In this document: positions 20,685 through 30,563 of the stretch, piece by piece
Layout of the letters: the number at the start of each line of letters is the position of its first letter
Numbering within the stretch: position 1 is the stretch's first letter
From: an uncultured Actinomycetes bacterium
GTDB lineage: Bacteria; Actinomycetota; Acidimicrobiia; IMCC26256; PALSA-610
DNA length: 64,000 bases
Assembly (NCBI GenBank): GCA_963841195.1
Contig: CAWJBX010000009.1
Location: 94,998-158,997 of the forward strand
Reading direction: 5' to 3'
The notes under the pieces: model-generated
What the model saw: the letters and a program-made list of their open reading frames with translations, nothing else
The model's database searches: none
Told to the model about the DNA's origin: nothing
Made by a program: the position numbers and the translations under genes

Positions 20685-21697
20685 CGATCAACCGCGTCGC
20701 CGTGATCGGTGCCGGCTCGTGGGGCACGGCCGTCGCCGCGATCGTCGCGGGGAACGTGCCCACCACGTTGTGGGCTCGGCGCCCCGAACTGGCGGAACGC
20801 ATTGACGAGCGCCACGAGAACGACGCCTATCTGCCCGGCGTGCGGCTTCCCGACTCGTTGGCAGGATCGTCGTCGCTCGAAACCGCGTGCCGCGACGCCG
20901 ACGTCGTCGTGCTCGGCGTTCCGTCGCACGGGATGCGAGCGGTGCTCGCCGAAGCGGCGCCGTTCATTGCGCCGAAGACGCCGGTGGTGAGCCTCAGTAA
21001 AGGCATCGAGCAGGGCACGCTTGCACGGATGACGGAAGTCGCAGCCGAAGTGCTCGCCGAACACGACCCGGCGTGCATCGGTGTGCTCACCGGACCGAAC
21101 CTCGCCCGCGAAGTTGCCGCCGGGCAGCCGACGGCGTCGGTTGTCGCGACTGCCGACGCAGACGTTGCGGCCGAACTGCAACGGGTGTTCTTCTCGCCGA
21201 GCTTTCGCGTCTACACCAATCCCGATGTCGTCGGCTGCGAGATGGCGGGCGCGTTGAAGAACGTGCTCGCGATCGGGGCCGGCATCGCCGACGGTCTTGG
21301 CTACGGCGACAACACGAAGGCCGCGTTGATGACGCGCGGCCTGGCCGAGCTGGCGCGGCTCGGCGTCGCGATGGGCGGCGACCCGTTGACCTTCGCCGGT
21401 CTCGCGGGGATGGGCGACCTCATTGCGACGTGTAGCAGCCCGCAGAGCAGAAATCGCCATGTCGGCGTCGAGATCGGCAAAGGCCGCAGCCTCGACGACA
21501 TCGTGACGGAGATGAAGATGGTTGCCGAAGGTGTGAAGAGCACCGCGGCTGTGCTCGAGCTCGCGGCGCGCTACGGCGTCGAGATGCCGCTGGCGTCGTT
21601 CGTCGGGCGCGTCCTGTACGAAGGCGCGCGGCCCGCCGATCTGGTTCCCGAGCTCATGTTGCGCAAGGCCAAGCCCGAGCTGCACGGCATGCGCTGA
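20681..21697 (+). CDS. gpsA: NAD(P)H-dependent glycerol-3-phosphate dehydrogenase
   Basis: MTINRVAVIGAGSWGTAVA... GALKNVLAIGAGIADGLGYGDNTKAALMTRG...; intact 338 aa; ATGA overlap with plsC. Confidence 0.9.
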   Translation: MTINRVAVIGAGSWGTAVAAIVAGNVPTTLWARRPELAERIDERHENDAYLPGVRLPDSLAGSSSLETACRDADVVVLGVPSHGMRAVLAEAAPFIAPKTPVVSLSKGIEQGTLARMTEVAAEVLAEHDPACIGVLTGPNLAREVAAGQPTASVVATADADVAAELQRVFFSPSFRVYTNPDVVGCEMAGALKNVLAIGAGIADGLGYGDNTKAALMTRGLAELARLGVAMGGDPLTFAGLAGMGDLIATCSSPQSRNRHVGVEIGKGRSLDDIVTEMKMVAEGVKSTAAVLELAARYGVEMPLASFVGRVLYEGARPADLVPELMLRKAKPELHGMR

Positions 21698-22728
21698 TGA
21701 TCGATCTCGGCGCGCTCACGTCCGGCGTGGTCGCAACGGTCGACGAACACGGACGGGTTCGGCGTGGCGACGCGGCCGTCGACTGGCGCGTCCGGACCGA
21801 CGAGTGGTTCGCGCCGGCCGACGGGCGCGCTCGTCAAACCCGGCTCGGCGTCGCGCCCATCGCGGAAACCGCAGTACGCGTGCCCGGCGGTGAAGCTGTG
21901 CAACGGGCGTACGCGCTCGGCGATGCGACCCACACGGTCGTGATCGAAGTGGAGAACGCGTCGCCCGAAGCGATCGCGGTCGGGTTCGTGGTTCCGGAGA
22001 CCGCCGGCGTCGTGTGCTCGTGGGCGCCCAAGCCGGCGCGTACCGAAGCCGACGGCCTGGTCGTGTTTCCTGTCGCGCATCGCACACGCGTGCGCTGCGC
22101 GATCGCTGATGCGGCCGTCGACGCGGCCGCGCTGGCCGACGTCGACGGCGTTGCACGCGCGTGGGACCGCGTGCTCGACCGGGGCATGCGCACGGAGCTG
22201 CCCGTCGATCTGCAAGAACAGGTCGACCGGGCGCGCGTCGACGCACTCCTCGCGCCGCCGTCGGCGGCCGCGTTCGTTGCGCTCGAAGACTGGGGTTTCG
22301 ATGACGAAGCGGCGGCGATGTGGCCGCGCCTTGGAACGTTCGAACGACGACGGGCGCGCCGGCGGAACGTCGACACCGGTGTGTTGGGCGCGACGCGGGC
22401 GGCCCTGATCGGCGACGATGATCACGCGGTGATCGACGTGCTGCCCGGTTTCCGCCCCGAGTGGCTCGGCCAGCATCTCGCCGTGCACGACGTCCCGTTG
22501 CGAGGCGGGCGCTGCTCCTTCGCGCTGCGCTGGCATGGCGCGCGCCCGGCACTGTTGTGGGACGCGCCGGCCGGCGTGCAGCTGCGCGCGCCAGTGCTCG
22601 ACCCGAGCTTTGCAACTGACGAGCCGGTGGGGGAGACGCTGCTGGCGGAGCCGCAAGCCGTTTTGCTCGCGATGGGTGCGAGCCCACGCGAAGGCGAGGC
22701 GATCGACGAGCCGGAGTCGTTCTCGTGA
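21697..22728 (+). CDS. Conserved hypothetical protein, 343 aa, translationally coupled to gpsA and to the downstream cyclase
   Basis: Intact ORF with ATGA overlap upstream and GTGA overlap downstream; no recognisable motif. Confidence 0.55.
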   Translation: MIDLGALTSGVVATVDEHGRVRRGDAAVDWRVRTDEWFAPADGRARQTRLGVAPIAETAVRVPGGEAVQRAYALGDATHTVVIEVENASPEAIAVGFVVPETAGVVCSWAPKPARTEADGLVVFPVAHRTRVRCAIADAAVDAAALADVDGVARAWDRVLDRGMRTELPVDLQEQVDRARVDALLAPPSAAAFVALEDWGFDDEAAAMWPRLGTFERRRARRRNVDTGVLGATRAALIGDDDHAVIDVLPGFRPEWLGQHLAVHDVPLRGGRCSFALRWHGARPALLWDAPAGVQLRAPVLDPSFATDEPVGETLLAEPQAVLLAMGASPREGEAIDEPESFS

Positions 22729-23843
22729 GTGAATACGCCGACGATCTGATCGCGGCCGGACTGTACGACCCCAACGGGCCGCAAGCCGACGCGATGCTCG
22801 AGCTGCTCGTCTATTTGCTCGAGGAGCTCGACGCGTCGATCCCGGAGTTGATCACCGCGTACGAAACGAGCGGCCTGCTCAGTCTGGGCGCGTTTCGCGC
22901 CGTGCGCTTGGGACGCGACCGTTACACGCTCACCGAGATCGCGGCGGTCGCGGACGTTGCACCCGCGCTTGCGAGCGAAGTGTGGAAGGCCGCCGGTTTT
23001 CCCGAACCGCGTCCCTTCGAGCGAACGTTCGGCGCCGACGACGCCGATATGTTCGCATTGTTCGCGCTCGCGGGAACACTCGTCGACTCGGAAGGCGTGC
23101 TCCAACTCGTGCGCACGATGGGTGAGGCGGTCAGCCGGATCGCCGAAGCCGAAGTCGCGTTGATGCGCTCGAACATCGAAGCGCCGCTCGTCACCACGAC
23201 GCGCTATGTCGACATCGCGCGCACCTACGTCCAGGTTGCCAACGAACTGTTCCCGCGTCTTGCGAACGCGATCGACTCGCTGCACCGCCATCACATCGTC
23301 GCGATCAGCCGCCGCTACACCGACGTGAACGCACCGACAACATCTCTGAACGTGGTGCAGCTCGCGATCGGCTTCGCTGATCTCGCGGGATACACCGGCA
23401 TGTGGCAGGAACAGTCGGCCGACGATCTCGCGCGCATGCTCGATCGCTTCGAATCGATTACCGGCAACGTCATCGCGACGGCGGGCGCGAATGTCGTCAA
23501 GCGCATCGGTGATGCAGTGATGTTCGTCACGAACGCACCCGGAATCGCATGCGCGCTCGCGCTGGATCTGCTCGAGTCGTGTGCCGCGGTTGGCCTTCCG
23601 AAGCTGCGGGTGGGCGTCGCGTTCGGCGACGTCATGGTCCGCCAGGGTGACTTTTACGGCGCGCCGGTCAACTTGGCGGCCCGGCTCGTGTCGACGGCCG
23701 AAGCCGGCACCGCGCTCGCCGACAACGTGTTACAGCAGCGGCTCGCGCGGGTGCGGGGCGGCTACGCGTTTCTCGCCGCCGGCAAGTTCAACCTTGCCGG
23801 TTTCACCGAACCGGTTGAAGCGTTCCAGTTGCTGCGTCCGTGA
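22725..23843 (+). CDS. Adenylate/guanylate cyclase (class III catalytic domain) with an uncharacterised about 200-aa N-terminal domain
   Basis: C-terminal LAIGFADLAGYTGMWQEQSADDLARMLDRFESITGNVIATAGANVVKRIGDAVMFV...GVAFGDVMVRQGDFYGAPVNLAARL. Confidence 0.7.
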   Translation: MSEYADDLIAAGLYDPNGPQADAMLELLVYLLEELDASIPELITAYETSGLLSLGAFRAVRLGRDRYTLTEIAAVADVAPALASEVWKAAGFPEPRPFERTFGADDADMFALFALAGTLVDSEGVLQLVRTMGEAVSRIAEAEVALMRSNIEAPLVTTTRYVDIARTYVQVANELFPRLANAIDSLHRHHIVAISRRYTDVNAPTTSLNVVQLAIGFADLAGYTGMWQEQSADDLARMLDRFESITGNVIATAGANVVKRIGDAVMFVTNAPGIACALALDLLESCAAVGLPKLRVGVAFGDVMVRQGDFYGAPVNLAARLVSTAEAGTALADNVLQQRLARVRGGYAFLAAGKFNLAGFTEPVEAFQLLRP

Positions 23844-23906
23844 TTGCTTGCGGCCGGTGGTGAAGTCCGGTACAACGATGCGCCGCGGGAAAGGAACCAG
23901 GAAATC

Positions 23907-24542
23907 ATGAACACTTCAACCGGTCAGGATTACAACGCCCGTTGGACCGTGCAGCAGCAGCGGCCCGACGTGCTCATTCAACAGATCAGCAGTGCGGCGG
24001 CGACGAGCGACGGTTACTCGTTTCAGATGACGGGACCGACCTCGGTCGTGCTCACGCGCAAGTACTGGCCGATGTGGCTCATCATCGTCGTCATCGTGGG
24101 CACGTTTTTCTTCCTGATCGGTCTCCTCGGCCTGTTGTACAAAGAGACCGAGACGTTGAGCGTCGCCGCAACCGAAGAGGGCGACACCACGACGGTCAAC
24201 ATCTCCGGGAAAGGAAGCAGCGAACTCATCGGTCGGCTCAACGCGTTTCTTGCTTCACTCCCTGGCGCTCAGCAGACGATGATGGCGATGCCGACCGCAT
24301 TCCCGATGGCGCCGGCTGCCTACCCGACCGCCGCGCCGATTGCGGCCCCGCCAGTTGCTCAGCCTGCTGCTCAGGCCGCGGCCGCGGTTCCGCCGCCTCC
24401 GCCGCCCGACGACGCCAACCCGACGACTGCGGGCTGGTATCGCGATCAAACCGGTCGTCACGAATACCGGTACTGGAACGGCAGCGCGTGGACCGACGAC
24501 GTCAGCGATCACGGCCAAACGAGCAAGGATCCGGCCGCGTAA
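23907..24542 (+). CDS. DUF2510-type membrane protein (one TM helix, Pro/Ala-rich linker, C-terminal GWYRD...RYWNGSAWTD motif)
   Basis: ATG after AAAGGA; TM helix WLIIVVIVGTFFFLIGLLGLL; C-terminal motif typical of DUF2510. Confidence 0.6.
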   Translation: MNTSTGQDYNARWTVQQQRPDVLIQQISSAAATSDGYSFQMTGPTSVVLTRKYWPMWLIIVVIVGTFFFLIGLLGLLYKETETLSVAATEEGDTTTVNISGKGSSELIGRLNAFLASLPGAQQTMMAMPTAFPMAPAAYPTAAPIAAPPVAQPAAQAAAAVPPPPPPDDANPTTAGWYRDQTGRHEYRYWNGSAWTDDVSDHGQTSKDPAA

Positions 24543-24554
24543 AACCAATGGGCG

Positions 24555-25340
24555 TTACATGCACGCAGGGTTGGGCGACGCGCTATAGGTGCCGTTGACG
24601 CCCCACGTGAACGTGACGTGGGACTGGAAGTTCGGTTTGATCGTCGTGCCGAGCGAGATGTCGAGGAAGTGATACGTCTTCGATCCGAGCGGTCCGCCCC
24701 CGACCGCGCTGAACTGTCCTGACGCGACTGTCCCGACACCGTTGGTTGTCACGGTCCAATGCACGATCGTGCCGTTCGGGAACCGGTTGTAGACGACGTG
24801 CAACGTGTTGCACTTCTCGAAGCTCGTTCCGACGATGTTTCCGGGCGTCATGTCGTGGACGACGATGTCGCCTGATGTGAGGTTGCCGCCTTCGATGAGC
24901 GACGGAACATTGGTGACGCAGTTTGTTGGGACCGGATCGGAGAAGAAGACGTCGGGTGGCGACCCGGTCGAGCCGTTGTCGGTGACTTGGACAGTGGTGG
25001 GTCCAAACCCGGCTTTGGTGTCGTTGAAGCCGATGACCGCTTTGTTGGCGTGTATGGCCATGCACGTCACGGGACCGCCGAGCGAGAAAAAGGTCGAGGT
25101 CGACGTCCCGAAGTCAAACGAGATTGTCCCGCCGACGTTTGCGCCCGAGGAGTCGCTGTGCGCGTCGATCACGATGTGGCGATATTGGAATGTGATCGGG
25201 AGGGCGGGTACCTCGAAGGAGATGGTCGCGGCGCCACGTGCGCGCACAAAGTCGGTCGACGCGGTTGTCGCGTGCGCGGGCCACGCCGGAACGGCGATGA
25301 CAAGCACGATGAGCAACAACGGAAATAAGCGTTTCGCCAT
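24555..25340 (-). CDS. Secreted hypothetical protein (signal peptide) sharing a C-terminal domain with the protein at 37991..39193
   Basis: MAKRLFPLLLIVLVIAVPAWPAHA signal peptide; C-terminal about 110 aa (...VYNRFPNGTIVHW...GGGPLGSKTYHFLDISLG...W.VNG...) align with the C-terminus of the 37991 protein. Confidence 0.65.
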   Translation of the reverse strand: MAKRLFPLLLIVLVIAVPAWPAHATTASTDFVRARGAATISFEVPALPITFQYRHIVIDAHSDSSGANVGGTISFDFGTSTSTFFSLGGPVTCMAIHANKAVIGFNDTKAGFGPTTVQVTDNGSTGSPPDVFFSDPVPTNCVTNVPSLIEGGNLTSGDIVVHDMTPGNIVGTSFEKCNTLHVVYNRFPNGTIVHWTVTTNGVGTVASGQFSAVGGGPLGSKTYHFLDISLGTTIKPNFQSHVTFTWGVNGTYSASPNPACM

Positions 25341-25413
25341 TCGCTTCCCCAGTCCTCGAAAGTGCCCGGAGAATACGATCGGCATCAGCCCCGGACAATC
25401 GCCGGACTTCGCG

Positions 25414-26973
25414 TCAAGCGGCAACGAGGTCGGCGGGTTCGGACGTCGCAACCGTTTCTTCCGCGTGTGCGGGCAGGAACACCCACGACGCGATCGCAGT
25501 CGCAAAGGCGACAGTTGCCGCAGCCAACGCACCGGCGTGGAACCCCGACATGAACGCGTCGTTCGCGGCGTGCGTGATCGCCGTTTGCGCGGCCGGAGTT
25601 GGCGCGCGGCCGGCGACGATGTACGCGGCGCCGATCGATTTCTTCGCAATGTCGAGCGCGAACTGCGGCACGGGAAGGCCGGCGAGTTTGTGCGTGAGTT
25701 GCGAGCCGTAGAGCGATGCGAACACGCTGCCGACCACCGCGACGCCGAGCGTCCCGCCCAGCTCGCGGGTCGTGTCGTTCACCGCGGAGCCGACACCCGC
25801 GCGTTCGGGCGGAAGCGAGCCCATGATCGAATCGGTCGCGGGCGCGGTGACGAGGCCCAGACCACCGCCCATGCCCAGCATCGCGGCGACGATCACGAGG
25901 TAGGGCGCGTGCGCGGTCGTAACCGCCGAAATCACGAACCCGGCTCCCATCGCCGCGAGACCGACGCCGACGACACGGTTCGTGCCGAACCGCCGTACGA
26001 GCCGAGGTGAGAGCGGGGCCGTTGCGCCGGTGAAGAGCGCGAACGGCACGGTGTGCACGCCCGCGGCGAGCGTCGAATCGCCCCGCACGAACTGGAAGTA
26101 CTGCGTCACCATGAACACAAAGCCGAAGAGCGCGAAGAACGCGCCGGAGATCGCGAGGCTCGCGGCACTGAATCGGGCGTTCGCGAAAACGCGGACGTCG
26201 AGCATCGGGTGCGTGGTGTGCCGTTCCCACGCGACGAACGCCGTCAGCAATGCCGCGACGACCACGAAGCTGCCGAGCGTCGCCGTGCTCATCCATCCGC
26301 GGTCGGGCGCTTCGATGATCGTGTAGACGAGCAGCGTCGTGAAGCCGACGGACAACACGAGGCCGAAGGGGTCGAACGCGGTCGCGTGCGGGTCGCGCGA
26401 GGTAGGAACGAGTGCACCGACGAAGACGAGCGCAACGATCACGATCGGGACGTTGACGATGAAGACCGAGCCCCACGAGAAGTGCTCGAGCAAGTAACCG
26501 CCGCACACGGGTCCGAGAGCGACCGACAAGCCACTCACCGCCGCCCAAATCGCGATCGCGCGCGCCCGTTCGCGCGACTCGGTAAACACGTTGACGAGGA
26601 TGGCGAGCGTCGTCGGGAAGATCAGCGCCGCGCCGACTCCCATCAGCGCTCGCATCGCGATCAGCGCGCCCGCACTCGTCGTCATCGACGCGAGCAGCGA
26701 ACACACACCAAACCACGCGAGTCCGGCCATGAGTACGCCTTTGCGGCCCAGGCGATCTCCGAGGCTGCCCGCGGCCAACAGGAGTCCGGCGAATACGAGG
26801 GTGTACGCGTCGACGATCCATTGCAGTTGGCTCGTCGTTGCGCCCAGGTCGCGCACGAGTGTCGGGAGCGCGACATTGACGATTGTGTTGTCCACGACGA
26901 TGAGGAACACCGATAGGCACAGCGTTGCCAGAATGGCGTTGCGGCGACGGGAAGACGGGGGAGCGACGGGCAT
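25414..26973 (-). CDS. MFS transporter, DHA2 (14-TMS EmrB/QacA) drug-efflux family
   Basis: Intact 519 aa; 14 hydrophobic segments; GDRLGRKGVLMAGLAWFGVCSLLAS motif. Confidence 0.85.
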   Translation of the reverse strand: MPVAPPSSRRRNAILATLCLSVFLIVVDNTIVNVALPTLVRDLGATTSQLQWIVDAYTLVFAGLLLAAGSLGDRLGRKGVLMAGLAWFGVCSLLASMTTSAGALIAMRALMGVGAALIFPTTLAILVNVFTESRERARAIAIWAAVSGLSVALGPVCGGYLLEHFSWGSVFIVNVPIVIVALVFVGALVPTSRDPHATAFDPFGLVLSVGFTTLLVYTIIEAPDRGWMSTATLGSFVVVAALLTAFVAWERHTTHPMLDVRVFANARFSAASLAISGAFFALFGFVFMVTQYFQFVRGDSTLAAGVHTVPFALFTGATAPLSPRLVRRFGTNRVVGVGLAAMGAGFVISAVTTAHAPYLVIVAAMLGMGGGLGLVTAPATDSIMGSLPPERAGVGSAVNDTTRELGGTLGVAVVGSVFASLYGSQLTHKLAGLPVPQFALDIAKKSIGAAYIVAGRAPTPAAQTAITHAANDAFMSGFHAGALAAATVAFATAIASWVFLPAHAEETVATSEPADLVAA

Positions 26974-26991
26974 GACGGCCTCCGGCGGGGT

Positions 26992-27023
26992 GATAACGCT
27001 GTTATCTCGATAACAGTGTTATC
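26992..27023. promoter_or_regulatory. Two tandem 15-bp palindromes GATAACgctGTTATC and GATAACagtGTTATC in the MFS/TetR divergent promoter (candidate TetR operators)
   Basis: Perfect inverted repeats seen directly at 26992-27006 and 27009-27023. Confidence 0.5.
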
Positions 27024-27036
27024 ACACTGTGCTACG

Positions 27037-27696
27037 ATGTCAACTGTGACGCGCGACACAGATGGGTTTCGCCAGGCCCTCGTCGAAGCCGCCAGCACAC
27101 TCCTGGCCAACGAAGGGCCCGAGGCGCTCACGGTCCGGCGCATCGCGGCCGAGGCCGGCTGCTCGACGATGCTCGTGTACTCGCGGTTCGGTGGAAAGAA
27201 CGGCGTCGTCGACGAGATGTTCGTCGAGGGCTTCCGCCGCTTGGCGAAGATGATGCGGTCACCGCGTCCGACGGGAGATCCGCTCGCCGACCTTCGGTCC
27301 TGCGGTCGCGCCTACCGGCGGTTCGCGCTTGCGAACCCGACGTATTACGCCGTCATGTTCGAAGGCGCAGTGCCCGATTTCGAACCGTCGCTCGAATCAT
27401 CGGCGGTCGCGTTGGGCACGCTCGACGCGCTCGGCGAACGCGTGCAGCGCGCGATCGACGCAGGTGTGTTCCCGAACGAAGACCGGCGTCAGCTCGCCGC
27501 ATGTCTTTGGGCCGCGAATCACGGCGTCGTCAGCCTCGAGTTGAAACACTCGGGACTTGTCGACATCGACTGGCCAAAACGTCACACGCAAGTGATCGAC
27601 GCGATGATTGCCGGCTTGGCCGCGTCGGCGAAAGAACCGAGGAGGCCGCCGACGTCTCCGGGTCAGGTCGATGACCGCGTGCGCGCGATTTCGTAG
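27037..27696 (+). CDS. TetR-family transcriptional regulator
   Basis: HTH LTVRRIAAEAGCSTMLVYSRFGGKNGV; divergent from the MFS gene. The ATG at 27037 is preferred over GTG 27016, which lies inside the operator. Confidence 0.8.
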   Translation: MSTVTRDTDGFRQALVEAASTLLANEGPEALTVRRIAAEAGCSTMLVYSRFGGKNGVVDEMFVEGFRRLAKMMRSPRPTGDPLADLRSCGRAYRRFALANPTYYAVMFEGAVPDFEPSLESSAVALGTLDALGERVQRAIDAGVFPNEDRRQLAACLWAANHGVVSLELKHSGLVDIDWPKRHTQVIDAMIAGLAASAKEPRRPPTSPGQVDDRVRAIS

Positions 27697-28044
27697 TCGA
27701 GTTCTGCTTCGTCGGGACCGACGATCACCGTAAGCGCCGCGAGGCATTTGACGATCGATTCGCCACACGCTTCGGTATCGCTTCCCGGCCGGCGCGATTC
27801 CGCAACGAGATTGCACAGCGTCTCAAACAGATCGTCGACGACGCGCTCGAGTCCGTGCGTCACGCGTCGCACCGTACCGAAACGAAGAGGGTCGCGGTGC
27901 GTCGTGAAGGAACGATTGCGAGTCGGTGCCACGTGCAGTCATTCGTACGTAAAAAGTGAGTCAGTTGTCGCGCTACGACGTCCCCACGGATGGCGTTGAC
28001 GGGCGATCATTCCGCGTCCTCGGGGCCTCTGACCACCAAAGTGA

Positions 28045-28698
28045 GTGCGTATGACGCGGCCGCATCCGTTGCAGCCGAAGCGATGGGGAAACGGCTCGTA
28101 CTTGGAACGCTTCGTCTACGTGCGCCCGTACGCAGAGGGCCGAACGGTTCTCGACATCGGCGCCGGCTCGGGCGTCAAGCGAACGGATTGGATGCATGGC
28201 TTGCTTGCGGAAGTCGCATCCGAGGCGGTCGGAATCGAGATCGATCCCGAGTTGGCCGCGTGCGCGCGAGCTCGTGGATTTGCAGTGTTCACCGGCGACG
28301 CCGAAACAGCCGATTTTGGCCGGTCGTTCGACGTGGTGTTCGCGGGCGAGGTGATCGAACACTTGTCGTGCCCAGGCCAGCTGCTCGAAAACGTGCACCG
28401 GCATCTGGCGCGGCGCGGCCGATTCGTACTCACAACCCCGAACGCATTTGCCGTTTCGAACTTCGTTTACCGAGTCGGTGGTCAGCCGCGCGTCAACGAG
28501 GGGCACGTCGCGTGGTACGACGAAGCGACGGTCGTCCAACTGCTGCGGCGACACCGATTCGAGCCCGTCGAGTTGCGGTATCTCCCGCACCGAACACCCG
28601 ACCGGCTTCGGTCGGTCGTCGCGCGTGGCGTCCGCGCCGCTCTGCCCGATCGGTTGGCGCACAACACCTTGTTCGTCGTGGCGCGTCCGGTGAGCTAG
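28045..28698 (+). CDS. Class I SAM-dependent methyltransferase
   Basis: VLDIGAGSG motif I, DVVFAGEVIEHL motif. Confidence 0.75.
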   Translation: MRMTRPHPLQPKRWGNGSYLERFVYVRPYAEGRTVLDIGAGSGVKRTDWMHGLLAEVASEAVGIEIDPELAACARARGFAVFTGDAETADFGRSFDVVFAGEVIEHLSCPGQLLENVHRHLARRGRFVLTTPNAFAVSNFVYRVGGQPRVNEGHVAWYDEATVVQLLRRHRFEPVELRYLPHRTPDRLRSVVARGVRAALPDRLAHNTLFVVARPVS

Positions 28699-28794
28699 GG
28701 GGAGATCGTTACGACGACGGAAGTTCTCGGGGCCGAGCCGCCCGTCACGGCACGGCGCACGCGCGCGGAGCCGAACGCACTGCTTCTCGTCGTC

Positions 28795-30510
28795 GTGTTC
28801 GCAGCGATCGCGATCGCGATGACGTTCCCGAGTCTCGGTCGCCTGCATTCGAGTCTGGCGGGCGATTCCGGCGACTCACTGCTGAATTTGTGGATCCTGC
28901 GGCGCGCCCAGATCGGTCTGCCCCACGGCTGGCACGCGTTTTGGGACGCACCGATCTTCTACCCGGCGTTGAACACGTTTGCGTACAGCGAGACCATGGT
29001 GCCGGTCGCCCTTGTCCACGCGGGGTTGCGACTCTTCCTCGGCGATGTCCTGGCGTTGAATGTGATCTACATCGCGGCGTGGACGTTTTCCGGTTGGATT
29101 ACCTATCGCCTGGCGTCGCGGTTTACGTCGACCTGGCAACCGGCATTCGTTGCTGCGCTCATGTACACCTACTCGAGCGTGCGGTTGGCGCAGGTGGTGC
29201 ATTTTCAGCTCGTCGTCGGTGGCGCGTTGGTTCCGCTCGTATTGCTCTGTGCGCTGCAGCTCTTGGAGTCGCCGACGACAAAAGCTGGCCTCGAGTTCGG
29301 GATTGCATTCGTACTGCTCGCGTCGACTGCGAGCTATTACGCGGCGATGATGGCGATCGTTGTTGCCGTACTGCTGTTGTGTCGGCTCCTGCGTGATCGC
29401 GGCGACGTTCGTCAGTTGCTTCTCGCATTTGGGCTCGCGATTGGCCTCGTGGTCGTGACGGTCGGGCCGCTGGCATTCCAGTACTTCCGCGTGCAGCGTG
29501 ATGCCCACTTTCAGCGGGAGTTCATTCCCGCGACGGGAACACATTGGAGCGACTACCTCGCGGTTCCCACGGAGAACTATGTCGAGCGGCATCTACCGGT
29601 CCTGGACTCGCACTCAGCGCCGACCGCGCGTACCGGTGAAAACCGCCTGTTCCCGGGATTCCTCGCCGCGGCGTTCGGTGCGATCGGGGTGGTAGCGGTC
29701 ATTCGTCGATCGCGACGAAAGCGGTTGACGGGTCGGTCCGGCGAACTCGTTTGGATCGGCGCGGGCGCGATCGTCGTGGGCGTGTTGTCGTTGGGTGATT
29801 GGATCACCGTGCGAGGGCACCGAATATCGATGCCCCTCAAGTATCTCCGGCACGTCGTCCCCGGGTTCACGGGCATCAGCGCAACGGTTCGGCTCGCATT
29901 GATGGTGCAACTCGCGCTCGTCTTGTTCGCGGCCGTCGGTCTGGACGTCGTGTTGCGACGGATCCGACGGCCGGGCATCCGCACGCTCGCGATGGGCGGC
30001 ATCGCTGCGCTCGTATTGCTCGGTGCGGCGCGATCGATTTCGTTCGTGCGCGTACCAACGCATTCCGACGACGGTGGCTTCGACACCGCGCTCCAACACT
30101 TGCCGCGGGGGGTCGTTGTCGAACTTCCGGTCAAGGGAGCTGCCACCGGGCCGGCGTGGGCGTGGGTCGAAACACCGCGTCAGATCCTCGCGCTGCGCGA
30201 CAACGATCCCCGTGTCAACGGCTACTCGGGCTATGAACCGAAGAACTTCAGCCGTATCTCGGCGATTCTCGACACGTTCCCGACGCCGCCCGCGCTCGCG
30301 CAAGCGCGCCAACTTGGCGTGCACTACGTCATCTTGCGAACACGCCTTCCCGGAACGATCACACCGAACGGCTACAACGCCGTCGCCAATCAGAATGGCG
30401 TTGGAATTCTCACCGACGCAACCGCGCGAGCAATGATCGCGAGCGCGCCGCGGGGACTCATCGCGAACGTCGAGGTGCTCCCCGGCGGTTATCTGCTTAC
30501 GCTGCATTGA
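28795..30510 (+). CDS. Polytopic integral membrane protein, possibly a glycosyltransferase-like or membrane-anchored hypothetical protein
   Basis: 571 aa, about 12 predicted TM helices then a C-terminal soluble domain; function not recognisable. Confidence 0.55.
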   Translation: MFAAIAIAMTFPSLGRLHSSLAGDSGDSLLNLWILRRAQIGLPHGWHAFWDAPIFYPALNTFAYSETMVPVALVHAGLRLFLGDVLALNVIYIAAWTFSGWITYRLASRFTSTWQPAFVAALMYTYSSVRLAQVVHFQLVVGGALVPLVLLCALQLLESPTTKAGLEFGIAFVLLASTASYYAAMMAIVVAVLLLCRLLRDRGDVRQLLLAFGLAIGLVVVTVGPLAFQYFRVQRDAHFQREFIPATGTHWSDYLAVPTENYVERHLPVLDSHSAPTARTGENRLFPGFLAAAFGAIGVVAVIRRSRRKRLTGRSGELVWIGAGAIVVGVLSLGDWITVRGHRISMPLKYLRHVVPGFTGISATVRLALMVQLALVLFAAVGLDVVLRRIRRPGIRTLAMGGIAALVLLGAARSISFVRVPTHSDDGGFDTALQHLPRGVVVELPVKGAATGPAWAWVETPRQILALRDNDPRVNGYSGYEPKNFSRISAILDTFPTPPALAQARQLGVHYVILRTRLPGTITPNGYNAVANQNGVGILTDATARAMIASAPRGLIANVEVLPGGYLLTLH

Positions 30511-30563
30511 GCCTGCGCCGGCGCGCGGTGAGGTAGCTCGTTGGGATCGACGTCGGCGGAGCG

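Noticed and set aside
21571-22774. Minus-strand ORFs of 361 aa and 352 aa antisense to the gpsA-downstream hypothetical gene
   Set aside because: Arg/Pro-rich antisense artefacts; the plus-strand gene is translationally coupled to gpsA and the cyclase.
27663-27932. 89-aa minus-strand ORF between the TetR and methyltransferase genes
   Set aside because: GC3 only about 65%, partly antisense to the TetR 3' end, no RBS or motif; treated as non-coding.
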